Positions 28,058 to 39,380 of a stretch of 64,000 nt of DNA are shown in pieces. The notes beneath the pieces were generated by a model. That model was given only the letters and a program-made list of their open reading frames with translations. It did no database searches and was not told where the DNA came from. How positions within the stretch are numbered: the first letter of the stretch is position 1; every line of letters starts with the position of its first letter. The position numbers and the translations under genes are program-made. Source of the stretch: Scenedesmus sp. PABB004 (Eukaryota); the NCBI GenBank assembly GCA_014905635.1, contig JABVCE010000008.1:434001-498000 (forward strand), in the 5' to 3' direction.

Positions 28058-28339
28058 GGTGGCGGGGCGCGAGAGACGCGCAAAAAACGCGCGCGTTTCA
28101 GGCGGGGCACTCTCCGCGCCAACGCCCCTAAGCCGCCCCCTGATTACCAATACCAGCTCATCGCGACCCCGACAGCACGCCGCGCGCCCCGCCGCGCCCC
28201 GCCGCGCCCCGCCGCGCGCGGCGGCGGACGGCCAGCGCCGGCAGCGGCTGGCTGCTGCCGCGCCGACCTCGTGGGCTCGCGGTGGAGCCAGCGATGGCCG
28301 CCGGCGGGGTCGCAGGGAGCTCCGTTACCAGCGACCAGC

Positions 28340-30555
28340 TCAGTAGCCGCCGCCGCGCGCGGCGTCGTCGAGCAGCGACTGGTAGGACTCGTGCTCGGGC
28401 GCGCCCCGCGCCGCCGCTGCTGCCGCCGCCGCCGCCGCCGCGCCGCCGGCGAGGCCGTTGCGCGCGACGCGGCGCGTCTTTATCTCCACGCCCAGCGCAG
28501 CCGCGAGCTCCTCGCGCGCCGCGCGCGCGCCGTCGAGCGGGCCGTCCCAGGGGCTGGTCAGCAGCACATCGGCCGCCGCGTCGAGGCCGTCGGGTGTCGC
28601 GGCGGCAAACACCGTGCCGCCCTGCGCGTCGTCGCCGTCCAGCTCGCAGTCGGCCGCCAGCAGCTGCAGGTAGAGCTGCTCCGCCATGGCGCGGCGCACC
28701 TGGGGGCAAAGCCGGGCGGCGCGGGGTCGGCACGGCCCCGGGACTGCCCCGCCGCCTGCCGCGTGCGGCGCCCCCTAGTCAAAGCAGCTGGCTGGCAGGC
28801 CGCTGGTCGAACGCAGGCAGCGCGCCGCACGCACCTTGGGGTAGCGGTTGACCAGGAGCACCATGACCGTCTGGATCGCGGCGCCGCCCACGCCCGGCAG
28901 GCCGGCGAGCGCGGCGAGCAGCGCCGCCGCCTCAAGCAGCTTCGCGACGTCGCCGCAGCCGCGCACCTCCGCCTTGAGCGCCGCGAGCACGCCGCCCGCA
29001 AACGTGCCGTCCGCGCCGCCCGCGCTGCCCGCCGGCTCGCCGGCGGCGCACGGCTTGCCGTCGCCGCACGCGCCGTCGCCGCCGGCGCCGGGCGGCGCGG
29101 CCGGGCACGGCGCCGGCAGGGGCGCAAAGTCGGCGTGCGTGATGAGCAGCGCGGCGGTCTTGATGAGGGGCAGCGCCAGCCGCCCCGCGCCGCCCTGCTG
29201 CGCCCACAGCTCCAGCAGCAGCCGCGCGACGTCGGCGCGCAGCGCGCCGGCGCCGCCGTCGCCGCCAGGCGGCGCCTCGAGCTGCGCGAGCAGCGCGGCC
29301 GAGGCCGCCTTGGCGAGCGAGGCGTCCACGCCGCCAATGCTCGCGACCAGCCCCTCCAGCAGTGGCAGCCGGAACCAGGGCAGGCCCAGCAGGCCGCCCA
29401 GGCGCGCCACGCACGCGAGCGACGCCACGCCCGCCAGCTCCGCGGCGTCGTCCGGCAGCGCCGACGCAATCGCGCGGCCGCACGGCACGGCGCGCGCGGT
29501 GGCGGGCTGCGCCAGCAGCGTGCGCAGCTGTGTGAGCGCCGCCTCGCGCAGGCGCGCGATGCGCTCGAGCGCCTGCCGCAGCAGGCCCGCCGCCGCGAGC
29601 AGCACCAGCCGGCTGTGCAGCCGGGCGACGACGGCGGCGCTCCAGCCGTCGCAATCGGCCGCCGCCGGCTGCCCGCCCGCCGGCTGCTGCAGGTGCAGGC
29701 TCGCCACGCCCTGCGCCAGCGCCGCCGCCGCGTCGGGCCAGTCCTGCTGCTCACCCGTGCCCGCCTCGTGGACCGGCTGCTGCAACTGCCCCTGCTGCGC
29801 CTGCTGCCCCTGCTGCCCCTGCTGCTCCTGCTGCTGCCGCAGCGCCCCCAGCGCCAGCACCAGGCGCGCCAGGCCGTCGATCGCCGCCTCGCGCACCCAG
29901 CTGCCCACGTCGCCGCGGTTGTCCCGCGTGTAATCGTCCAGCGCCGCGAGCAGAGCGGGGCAGACCACGCCCGCCACGACGGCCACGGGCGCGCAGCCGC
30001 CGGCGCCGCCGCTGTGGGCCGCAGGTGGCAGGAGCTCCAGCGCCAGCTGCGCCAGGGACGACACCGCAGCGATGCGAGTCTCGATATCAAATCCGGCCTG
30101 CGGGTCCAGCCGCGCCTGCAGCGCCACGCGGGCGCGGCGCGGTGGGCGGGCAGCCGGAGCGGGGCCGGCGGAGCGCGGCGGCCGCGCCCCCCGCTGTGCT
30201 GCGCCGCGCGGCCTGCCACCACCGCCGCACCTGCGCCGCCGCCGCGAGCACGCGGAGCACGTGCTCCGCCTGCGCCGCCGCCAGCCCCGCGGGCAGCGCG
30301 CCCAGCGCTGCCGCAGCGCCGCGCCGCGCGGCCGGCAGCGCCTCGGGCTCGGCCAGCCGCGCGCAGCAGAGCGCCACCAGTGCAAGCAGCTGCTCGCGCG
30401 GCCCGGGCGCGGCGCAGAAGGCGCGCGCGTGCGCACGCAGCGCCGCGACGCCGCTGGCCTGGATGCCGGCCTGCGCGTGGCCAAGGCAGTCTGTGATGAG
30501 CCGAAGCGCGGCCGCGTGGTACGCGTCGTCCAGCGGCAGCGCCAGGGCTTGCCGC

Positions 30556-30599
<44 letters not shown>

Positions 30600-32478
30600 G
30601 CCGGCGGCCGCGCCACCGTCGGCGTCGGCGTCGGCGTCGCCGCCCGCGTCGCTGCCGGCGTCGCTGTCGGCGCTGGGTCCGCCGTCCTCGCCGGCGGCGG
30701 CACCGGCGCTGCCGGGCCGCGGCAGCGCCGCGGCGGCGCCGCCCGCGGCCTCACCCGCCGCCACCACCGCCGCGCCGCGTCCCGGGCGGCGCTCGAGCAG
30801 CGGCACCACTGGCAGCGCGGTGGCCGCCGCCGCGGCCTGCTCGACGAAGCGCGCCGCCGCCTCACGCATGAGCTCGCCGCCCTTGCCGCGGTACAGCCCG
30901 CCCGCTTCCAGCGCCGGCAGCAGGCCCGCCACGCCGGCGCCGGCGCGCGGCGGCAGCGCGCGCACGCCGGCGGCCGCGAGCGCGGGCAGCAGCTCCGCGG
31001 CGCCGAGCACCGCGCCGGCGCGGACCTCCAGCACGTCGTCGGTCGCCGCGGCGAGCAGGCGCGGCAGCGCGGCGCCGGCGAGCTCGTCCGCCGCGGCCGG
31101 CGCGAGCGCGGCGAGGCCCATCGCTGCGAGCGCGCGCAGCTTCCTGTCCCAGTGGCGCAGCTTGGTGCCGAGGAGGTGCTCCAGCAGCGCGGGGCGGTAG
31201 GGCTCGAACGCCGCCACCGCCGGCGAGACGCGCAGGTACGCGCCGGCGGCGCTGCCGACGCTGAAGTAGTCCGCCACGCCCACGAGCGCCAGGCCGTGCG
31301 GGACGGCGCCGCCGAGGCGGCCCACGCACTCCTGGAACGCCGCGGCCGCCGCGCGGCGGCAGTTGACCTCGCGGTCGTAGCAGCCGACGACGAGCAGCGC
31401 GGCGGCGAGGCCCGGCGCGACGCCCGCGAGCGCGGGCGGGTCGTACGCGCGCGCGAGCGCCCACGCGACGTAGCATGCGGCGTCGCGCACGTGCGCGCCG
31501 ACGCTGTGCGGCCCGCGCCGCACGTCGTACGCGAGCGCGGCGCGCAGCAGGCATGCGACCTTCGGCATGCGCGCGGGCACGAGGATGCTGCGCCGCGCGA
31601 GCTCGGCGATGGCCAGGCAGCCGCCGTGCCACGCCGTGTCGGGCTCTGCGGCGCGGCGGCGGCGGCGGCGGGAGTGGGCGGCAGCCTGCCCGCACGCGCA
31701 CCGCCCCACGCGCCCGCCGACGCCCCGATGCGGCGCGTGCGCACGCACGCACCCGACGGCGAGAGCAGGCCCAGCGCGCCGTCAACCACCTCCTCTGCCA
31801 GCTCGCGCGGCAGGCAGCCCGCGAGCCGGCCGACGCCCTTGGCCGCGCTCCAGCGCACCACGGTGTCGCGGTCGGCGCAGCTGGCCAGCAGCACACCAAT
31901 GACATCCTCGATCTGCTCCGGCACCTCCAGCTCCGCCTCGCCGGCATCGTCGCCCGCCTCCCCAGCTGCTGCTGCAGCCGCCGCCGCCGCCGCGTCGCCG
32001 CCGGGCGCCGCCGCCGGCGCCGGCGCGGCGCCCAGGTTGCTGCCGAGGTCGGCCGCGGCGCGCACGTAGCGCCAGCCGCCCAGCTGCGGCGGCAGCAGCG
32101 TCAGGCCCACGCGCTGCGCGAGCTTGACCGCGAGCTTGCGCGCGAGCGCGTTGCTGCCGAGCGCCGCGCCGCCGCCGCTGCCGCCGCTTCCGCCGCCGCC
32201 CTCGCCGCCGTCGCCGTCCAGCAGGGCCGCCAGCTGGAGCCACACGCCCGGCGCGAGCGGCAGCAGCTGTGCGCGGCGGCCGAGCTTGAACACGAGCGCG
32301 AGCGTCTGGAGCACGCCAGGCAGCAGGAACACCGCGGCCGGGCCGCGCGCCTCTGCCAGCGCGGCCACCTGCCAGGCCATGAAGCCGCGCAGCGCGGCCG
32401 CCATGTCCGGCCGCGTCAGCAGGCGCGCGAGCAGCAGCGCCGCCATCTCGCGCACCGCGCCTGCGGCCAGCGATCCGC

Positions 32479-32531
<53 letters not shown>

Positions 32532-33381
32532 GTCAGCGCCGTCAGCGGCGGCGCCCCGGGGCGCGGCGCGTCGCCAGTGCGCGCGGCGGCGCACGCCCCC
32601 CCCCCCCTGCACCCACCCGGGTGCTGCAGGTAGCCCTGGCACAGCTCCACGACGCGGCGCGCGAGCGGGCTGCAGCCGCTGGCCGCCGCGGCCGCCGCGT
32701 GCGCGTCGCTCGTGACCGCGCTGTCCAAGATGACCAGGTCAAAGGGCGCGAGCGCGAGGATGCTCAGCCACAGCAGCAGCACCGCCTGCGCCTCCCACAG
32801 CGCCGCGCCGCCGCCCGCGCCGGCGTCCGGCGCCGCCGCCGCGTCGCGCACGTGGCCCAGGACCTGCGCGGCGCGCGCGGCGCGTGGGCGGCCGGGCCGG
32901 CGGCGCACGGCCGCGGCGGCGCGCCGGCGGCGCCCGCGCGCACCTGCAGCACGCGCTCCAGGTCGGCGGCCTCGTGTGGGAAGAAGCGCACCACGGTCTT
33001 GTAGCCGCGCACGCCGACGAGCACGTGCAGCAGGCGGCACACGTCCGCGACGCCGCGCGTGTCGCCCGCGCTGCTGCGCAGCGCCGCGCGGCGCAGCAGC
33101 AGCGCCAGGGGCTGCACCACGCCCTCCAGGCAGCCGTCCAGCAGCTGCGGCTGCTCCTGGTACTTGGTGAGCTGCGCGGCGCGGCGCGGCGCAGCGGAGC
33201 AGCGCGCGGGCGGCGGGAGCGCTCGGCGCGTGCCCGCGGCGCCGCGGCGGCGGCCCGGCGCGGGGCCCCGGGCGGGGCGGCTCACGATGGCCTTGTAGCG
33301 CGGGTAGACGGACGCCGCCTGCGCTCCCTCGCTGGCCACGACGGCCTCAATCAGCGACGCCAGCTCGTCCGCCTCCTCCAT
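28340..33381 (-). CDS. TBCD: Tubulin-specific chaperone D (HEAT-repeat), multi-exon
   Basis: KYQEQPQLLD, VRGYKTVVRFFPHEAADLE, LLLWLSILALAPFDL, DRDTVVRWSAAKGVGR, WHGGCLAIAELARR, VRDAACYVAWALARAY, YDREVNCRRAAAAAFQECVGR, DDYTRDNRGDVGSWVREAA. Confidence 0.95.
32481..32530. repeat. (GGC)n microsatellite in TBCD intron
   Basis: Directly visible. Confidence 0.9.
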
Positions 33382-33654
33382 CGCGCACCGCCGGCCCGGC
33401 CGCGCAGATGAACTCGCACGCGAGCGATCTGATCTTCCGCCGCGACCTGGCCTGCGTGCGCCGCCGCAGCGCGCCCTGCAGCGGGCTGCTGCTGCGCGCG
33501 TTTGCGCGGCGGCCTGCGCGCGCGGCCGGGGGTCCGGGGAGCTGCCTCGCGAGCCGCGGGTCTGCCGGCCGGGCGGCGGCGGCGATCGGGGCGGCGGAGA
33601 GCGGCGCGGGCGCTTCCCGCCAACGCGCGCGGTTCAATGTGCGCACGCGCAAAC

Positions 33655-34958
33655 TCACCACGCGCGCTCGGGCGCGTGGTGGCGGCGGAAGCGCAGCACC
33701 TCCTCCACCGTGCTGTGCATCGCGTAGTCCACGCCGTGGCTGCCCGTCGCGACGAGGAGGCTCTTCACTGCGATCGCGCGCTCCCGAGAGTCCAGGCGCG
33801 GCGCGCCGCGCGCGGTCAGCCGCGAGTCCACCGACGACAGCAGCGCCGCCCAGTCGGCGTCCAGGTCGTCCTCCTCGTACTCGCTCTCCAGCTCCGCGCC
33901 CGCCGCGTCGCCGGCGGCGCGGCTGCCCGCGCGCGCGGCGGCGGCGCTGCCGCCGGTCGGGCCCGCGGTGGCGCCGCCGCGCGGCTGCGGCGACCCGGCG
34001 ACGGGCAGCGGGCCGGCGAGCGGCGCCGCGTCCGGGGCGGCCCCCGCGTCGCGCCGCTGCTCGGGCTCGGGCGACGCGAGCGTGTGGTGCGGCGCCTGCG
34101 CGCGGCGGCGGGGGCGGGCGCGTCGCGCGTTGCAGCCGCGCCGCGCCGCGGACGGCACACCTCGGCGCGCGTGTCGCGCCGCTCACCAGTTGGTGGCCCG
34201 CCGGCTGCAGCGCGTGCAGCTGCTGCTGCGCGGGCTGCTGCGGCTGCGGGAACAGCTGCCGCGCGCCGGGCGGCGCGCCGCCCGAGCCCTGCGCCTGCAG
34301 CGGGGCGTGGCCGCCGTGCGGCAGCCGCGCCGTCGAACGCTGGTCGGGCAGCCCGTGGCGGTCGCTGCCGCCGCCCGAGGAGCGGTGCGCGCCGGCCGCG
34401 AGCTGCACGTGCGCCGCCGCCGCCAGGCCGCCCGGCCCCGCCGACAGCGACTTGCTGAGCGGGTTGAAGTGCTTGGGCGACGCCGCGGCGTGCGGCGACA
34501 GCAGCAGCGCGCCGCCGTGCGGCGGGCGGTACGCGTCCGCCTGCTGCAGCGCAGCGCCGCCGCCGCCCGGGAGCGGCGCGAGCGGCAGCGGCGCCTGCGC
34601 CGCGAGCCGCCGCGGTAGGGGCGCGCGCGTTGGAGGCCGGGGGCATGCGCGCGCGCTCGCCACGGCGGCGCCGCAGCTGCGCAGCGCTGGGCCGCACCGC
34701 GGCGAGGTAGCGCTCGTGCTTGCGCCGCCGCCAGCACTGCGCCAGCAGCGTGCCCGCGACGCCCGCGAGCGCGCCCGCGAGCAGCGACAGCACGATCCAG
34801 CCGCCCACGGAGATGCCGCCCAGGCGCTCCCGGCAGGCGGCGGCCTGGGCGCGGCAGGAGCGGCGGCGGCGGTTGGCGGCGGTCCGCGCTGCTGCGCGGT
34901 GGTTGGCGCCGCCGCCGCCGCCGCCCCTCGCCTGCGGCTCCTGCAGCAGGTCCCTCAT
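33655..34958 (-). CDS. Hypothetical single-pass membrane protein with disordered cytosolic region
   Basis: TM segment ISVGGWIVLSLLAGALAGVAGTLLAQCW followed by RRRKH; small ordered C-terminal domain (EEDDLDADWAALL...VEEVLRFRR); start inferred. Confidence 0.5.
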
Positions 34959-35459
34959 GTCTCGCGGCAAGAGCTGGGCCAGGGCGCGGGGGCAGGCGCA
35001 GGCGCTGCCCGGCGTGAACGGGCGGCGGCGGCGGCTGCGCGCGCGCCGGCGCGGCTGCGCCGTGTGTGCGGTCCCGCGGGGGACGAGCGCCTCGCTGGTG
35101 GGGGCCCTCGCTCTGGGCGGGGGCGGGCTGTTTTGGGGCGCCGCCGGCGGCGACAGCCGAAGTTGAACGCTGGACCCTGCTGCCTGGCACCAGCCGATCG
35201 CGGCGCGCTCGATTGCCCGTCCCGCCGTCGGCAGCACCACCAGCTCCCGCTCCCTGTCGCCCTGCGGACGAAGCCTGCGCACGGCCGCCCTCCCCGAGAG
35301 CACCGCCCGCGCTCCCAGCGAGAGCCAGCCCGCCAGGCCGCTGGTGGGCAGCCACCACCTCCGGAGCAACAGCCGGCATGGGCTGCTGCTGAGCGGGCGC
35401 GGCAGCAGCAGCAGTCGGCGGGCGGGGGGCGCGGCAGCAGCAGCGCTCTCGGCGCGGTG

Positions 35460-37403
35460 ATGGTGACGGACGGCCAGCTGGCGCCCGGCCTGGGCGGCCC
35501 GCTGGCCAAGAGCGCCAGCGGCGTGGCGGGCGCCGACGCGGCGGGGCGGGCCTGCGGCGCCGGGGCGCCGCTGTCGGGGCCGGGCGGCCTGGAGGACGAG
35601 TGCGACGCCGAGTACGTCGCCTGGCGGGTGCGTGCGTGGACAAGCGCGGCGCGGGCGCGGCGCACGGTGGGCGCGATGGGCGCTCTCGGGGCCCGCGCCC
35701 TCACCCGCAGCCCTGCGTGCGCAGGCGGCGCACCCCTGCATCCTGAAGCACTTTGACGCCTTCCTGGAGCGCGTGAACGGCAAGCGCGTCGCCGTGTTCC
35801 TGGACTACGACGGTGCGCAGCCAGCGACCGGCGCCGGCGCCGCTGCTACCGCTGCCGCCGCTGCTGACGCCGCCCGCTGCCCCGCGCAGGCACGCTCACG
35901 CCCATCGTGAACAACCCGGAACAGGCCATCCTGTCGCCGCAGGTGCGCCCGCGCGGCGTGCCGCAGCGCCGCGGCGGGCGGCCGGCGGCGGGCGGCCGGC
36001 GCGCCCGCGCGCTTGCGGGCGGCGGGCGCCGCCGCGCGGCCGCCGCCGCCGACCCCAACCCGCGCGCCCGCGCAGATGCGGGACACGGTGCGCCAGGTCG
36101 CGCACCTCTTCCCGACCGCCATCATCAGCGGGCGGGGGCGCGACAAGGTGGAGGGGTTTGTGCAGCTGCCGGAGCTCTTCTACGCCGGCAGCCACGGCAT
36201 GGACATCGCGGGGCCGCGGGTGCGCCCGACCGCGGCGCCCGCGCGGCGCGTGCGGCAGCGCAGGGCGCAGGCGGCCGCGGTGACGAGCTCGCGCGCCGCG
36301 CCGCGGTGACGAGCGGCCGACGAGCAGCCGCCCGCCGCCGCCGCCGGCGCGCAGGACGACCACAGCAACCTGACGCCCCACAACTTCCAAGCAGCGGCGG
36401 AGTTCCGGCCCATGATCGACCAGCTGTACCACGACCTCTGCCAGCGGTGAGGCCGCCAGCGGCGGCGGCGGGGCAGCTGCGCGGCACCCCTCCCCGCCCC
36501 GCACCCGCCCGCCCCGCACGCGCGCGCGGCGCCCTCACGCCGCCGCCGCGCCCCGCCGCCGGGGCCGCCTCGCCGCCGCCGCCGCCGCCGCGCAGGCTGC
36601 AGGATATCCCCGGCGCGAGCGTGGAGCACAACAACTTTTGCGTGAGCGCGCACTTTCGCAACTGCGCGACCGAGAACTGGCAGCAGGTCGTCGCGGCGGT
36701 GAACGCGAGCGTCGCCGCGGCGCCGGCGCACCTGCACGTCACGCGCGGGCGCAAGGTGCTGGAGGTGCGGCCGCAGGTCGACTGGGACAAGGGCCGAGCG
36801 CTGCTGCACCTGCTCGAGGTGCTGGGCCTGCAGGCGCAGGCCGACGTGCTCCCGATCTACATCGGGGACGACAAGACCGACGAGGACGCGTTTGCCGCGC
36901 TCTCCGGCGGCGGCGTGGGCATCCTGGTCAGCACCAAGGCCAAGCCCACGGCCGCCGCGTTCACGGTGCGCGACCCCGACGAGGTCGCCGCGTTCCTCGG
37001 CATGCTCGTGCGCTACGGGACGAGCTGCGCCAACGGCTGGTGGAGCCACCAGCACGCGTGCAACGGCTGGGCGCCCGCGCACCTGCGGCACAGCAGCAGC
37101 GCACCCGCCGGGCTCGCCGCGCTCGGGACGGCGGCCGCGCGCGCGCCGCCGGTGCGGCGGCGGCGAGCGCGCAGGCGGCGGTCGCGGCGGCAGTGCTGCG
37201 GCCAGCCGCGGCCGCGGCCGCGGCGGCCGCGGCGGCCACGGCGGGCCCCCGGATGCAGCAGCAGCAGCAGCAGCCGCGGCGCCGCCGCCGCCGCCGCCGC
37301 GCGCCGCGCCGGCCGAGTGACGCTGCGCGGCGGCGTCGAAACGCGCGCCGGTGTGTGTACCTGGAACCGCCCTCGTCCATGTCTCTCTCTCTCTCTTGTT
37401 TAA
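35460..37403 (+). CDS. TPP: Trehalose-6-phosphate phosphatase (plant class III/HAD type); 3' end uncertain
   Basis: [59 protein letters not shown]. Confidence 0.93.
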
Positions 37404-37851
37404 TTCGCACTGTGGCTGCTGCCGCGCAACCTCTTTGTGTGTGTGGTGTGGTGCGTGAGGTCCGCGCTGCGACGCGGCGTGCGCGTGACCGGCCGCGCGC
37501 GGGCGGCCCGTCGACCTCCTCGGCGTCGGCGGCGAGCGCGCTCAGACGACTGCGCGCGTGTGCGTCCCCCGGGCCCGGCGCTTGTGTAAGCCAATGCCGC
37601 GGCGGCGCGCAGACGCGGGGTCTGCCGCGGCGGCGGTTTGCGCTTCTCGCCGCGCGCCGCGCTCAGGCCGGCAGCCCGCCGCGGGCCTGCCGACACCACC
37701 AGCACACAGCGGCGGCGCGCAGGCGCAAGGCGGATCGAACACGCGGGCAGGCCCCTGCTCTCAGCAGCAGCAGCAGCAGCAGCAGCGCACCCGGTCTCGC
37801 GCCTGCAGCCCGGCCGGCCGCCCAGCCAGCTCACCGTCGTCGTGTCTCGGC

Positions 37852-39000
37852 ATGGCGCAGCGCACGCTGCGCGTGAAGACGGCGGGCACGGAGCAGGCGC
37901 TGGAAATCGCCGTCGACGCCGCCGCGTCCCTGGCCGACGTAGCGCGCCAGGTGGGCGGCAGGGTGCCCCGACGATCCCGTGGAACCGGGGGGTGGCGCAG
38001 CGCGGGCGGCTGGGCACGGCGGCAGCGTCCCGCGGCGCCGCGCCAACAGCTCGCGCGCGCTGCTGCCGGCAACGGCACCGCTGCCGGCAACGGCACCGCT
38101 GCCGCTGCCGCTGCCGCTGCCGCTGCCGCTGCCGCTGCCGCCCCGGCCGCAGGTGCGCGCGGCCAAGGGCTGGCCAGAAGCGCAGCACCTGCGCTTCATC
38201 TGCGGAGGGCAGGAGCTGCTGCTGTCCGACCCCGTGAGCCGCGCGGGCGACGTGCTGCACTGCATCCCCACCGACGCCGCGCCGCGCCGCCCGGCGGCGG
38301 CGCACAAGCCCGAGGCCGCCGCGGTCGACTGGGTGCGCTGCGCGCCGCGCCGCGCGGCGCCGCCGCCCCGCGCTGCCCGTCTCAAACCAGTGTCAAACGC
38401 CGCCGCCGCCGCCGCCGGGGACACGCCGCGCAGCTGGAGCTGCTGGACCCAGGCATCGTGCTGATGTGGCTCTTCGGCTGCATCCTCGCGATGCTCTGGC
38501 TGCTCTTCGCCTGCCACGGTGCGCGGCGCGGCGTGCGCCACGGCGGCGGCCGGGCACACGCGAGGGGCGGGCGGGCGGCGGCGCGCGTGCGCGCGCTCGC
38601 GGCACCGCGCCGGCTGCGCACTCACCCACGCCCGCGCCGCCGTCCGCGCGCGCGCGCCCGCGCTCGCGCAGCGTCCATGTTTGACCGCACCTCGCTCGCG
38701 ATGCTCGTGCTGATGACCGGCGCGTTCATGGTGCCCTGCGCCCTCGCGCACCCCTGCCTGCGCCGCCTCAGCGCGGCGCCGCTCGCGGGCGGGGCGCTGC
38801 ACGGCGTCCACGGCGCGGGGCAGCTGCGCACGCCGGGCGCTCTCGACGGGCTCGCCGCGGCGGCGGCGCCGCCGCCGCCGCAGCCGCCTGCGCCGGCGTG
38901 GCAGGGGTACCACGGCGGGGCGATCCCGCCGCGCCCCGCGGCGCGCGTGCGCGGGCCGGGCCGCGGCGGCGCGCCCGCGCCGCCGCCGCCGGCGCGCTGA
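37852..39000 (+). CDS. Ubiquitin-like domain plus two TM helices (TMUB/Dsc3-like), 4 exons
   Basis: UBL-like LRVKT...LRFICGGQEL...GDVLHCI, then GIVLMWLFGCILAMLWLLF and FDRTSLAMLVLMTGAF. Confidence 0.65.
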   Translation: MAQRTLRVKTAGTEQALEIAVDAAASLADVARQVGGRVPRRSRGTGGWRSAGGWARRQRPAAPRQQLARAAAGNGTAAGNGTAAAAAAAAAAAAAAAPAAGARGQGLARSAAPALHLRRAGAAAVRPREPRGRRAALHPHRRRAAPPGGGAQARGRRGRLGALRAAPRGAAAPRCPSQTSVKRRRRRRRGHAAQLELLDPGIVLMWLFGCILAMLWLLFACHGARRGVRHGGGRAHARGGRAAARVRALAAPRRLRTHPRPRRRPRARARARAASMFDRTSLAMLVLMTGAFMVPCALAHPCLRRLSAAPLAGGALHGVHGAGQLRTPGALDGLAAAAAPPPPQPPAPAWQGYHGGAIPPRPAARVRGPGRGGAPAPPPPAR

Positions 39001-39380
39001 CCGCGCCGCGCAGCGTGCTGCTCAGCAGGTGTTGCCGCTGCCGCCCGTGGGGGCGCAGCCTGCGTGTATACTGCACTGCGGGGCGCCGCAGGGCGCCGCG
39101 GGGCTTTCATCTAGTCTCAGGCCTTGGGGCCGCGCGCGCACCGCTCTCGCCAAGGAGCTGAGCGGCATCGCGCGCGGCGAGCAAGGCCGGGTCTTTCGGC
39201 TGTGAGCGCGCGCAGCCGCACGCGCGTTGAGCTGTCAGAGCGGCTGGGGGCTGCGAGGGCATTCGTCAATTCGTGTTCGTATGCCTGTTCAACACTGTGC
39301 AACGCCCCACTGCGCAACGTCACCATCCAGGCTGGCCTGCGCTGCACCTCACGCTCTGCTCACGCCGCAAAGCACGCCAC

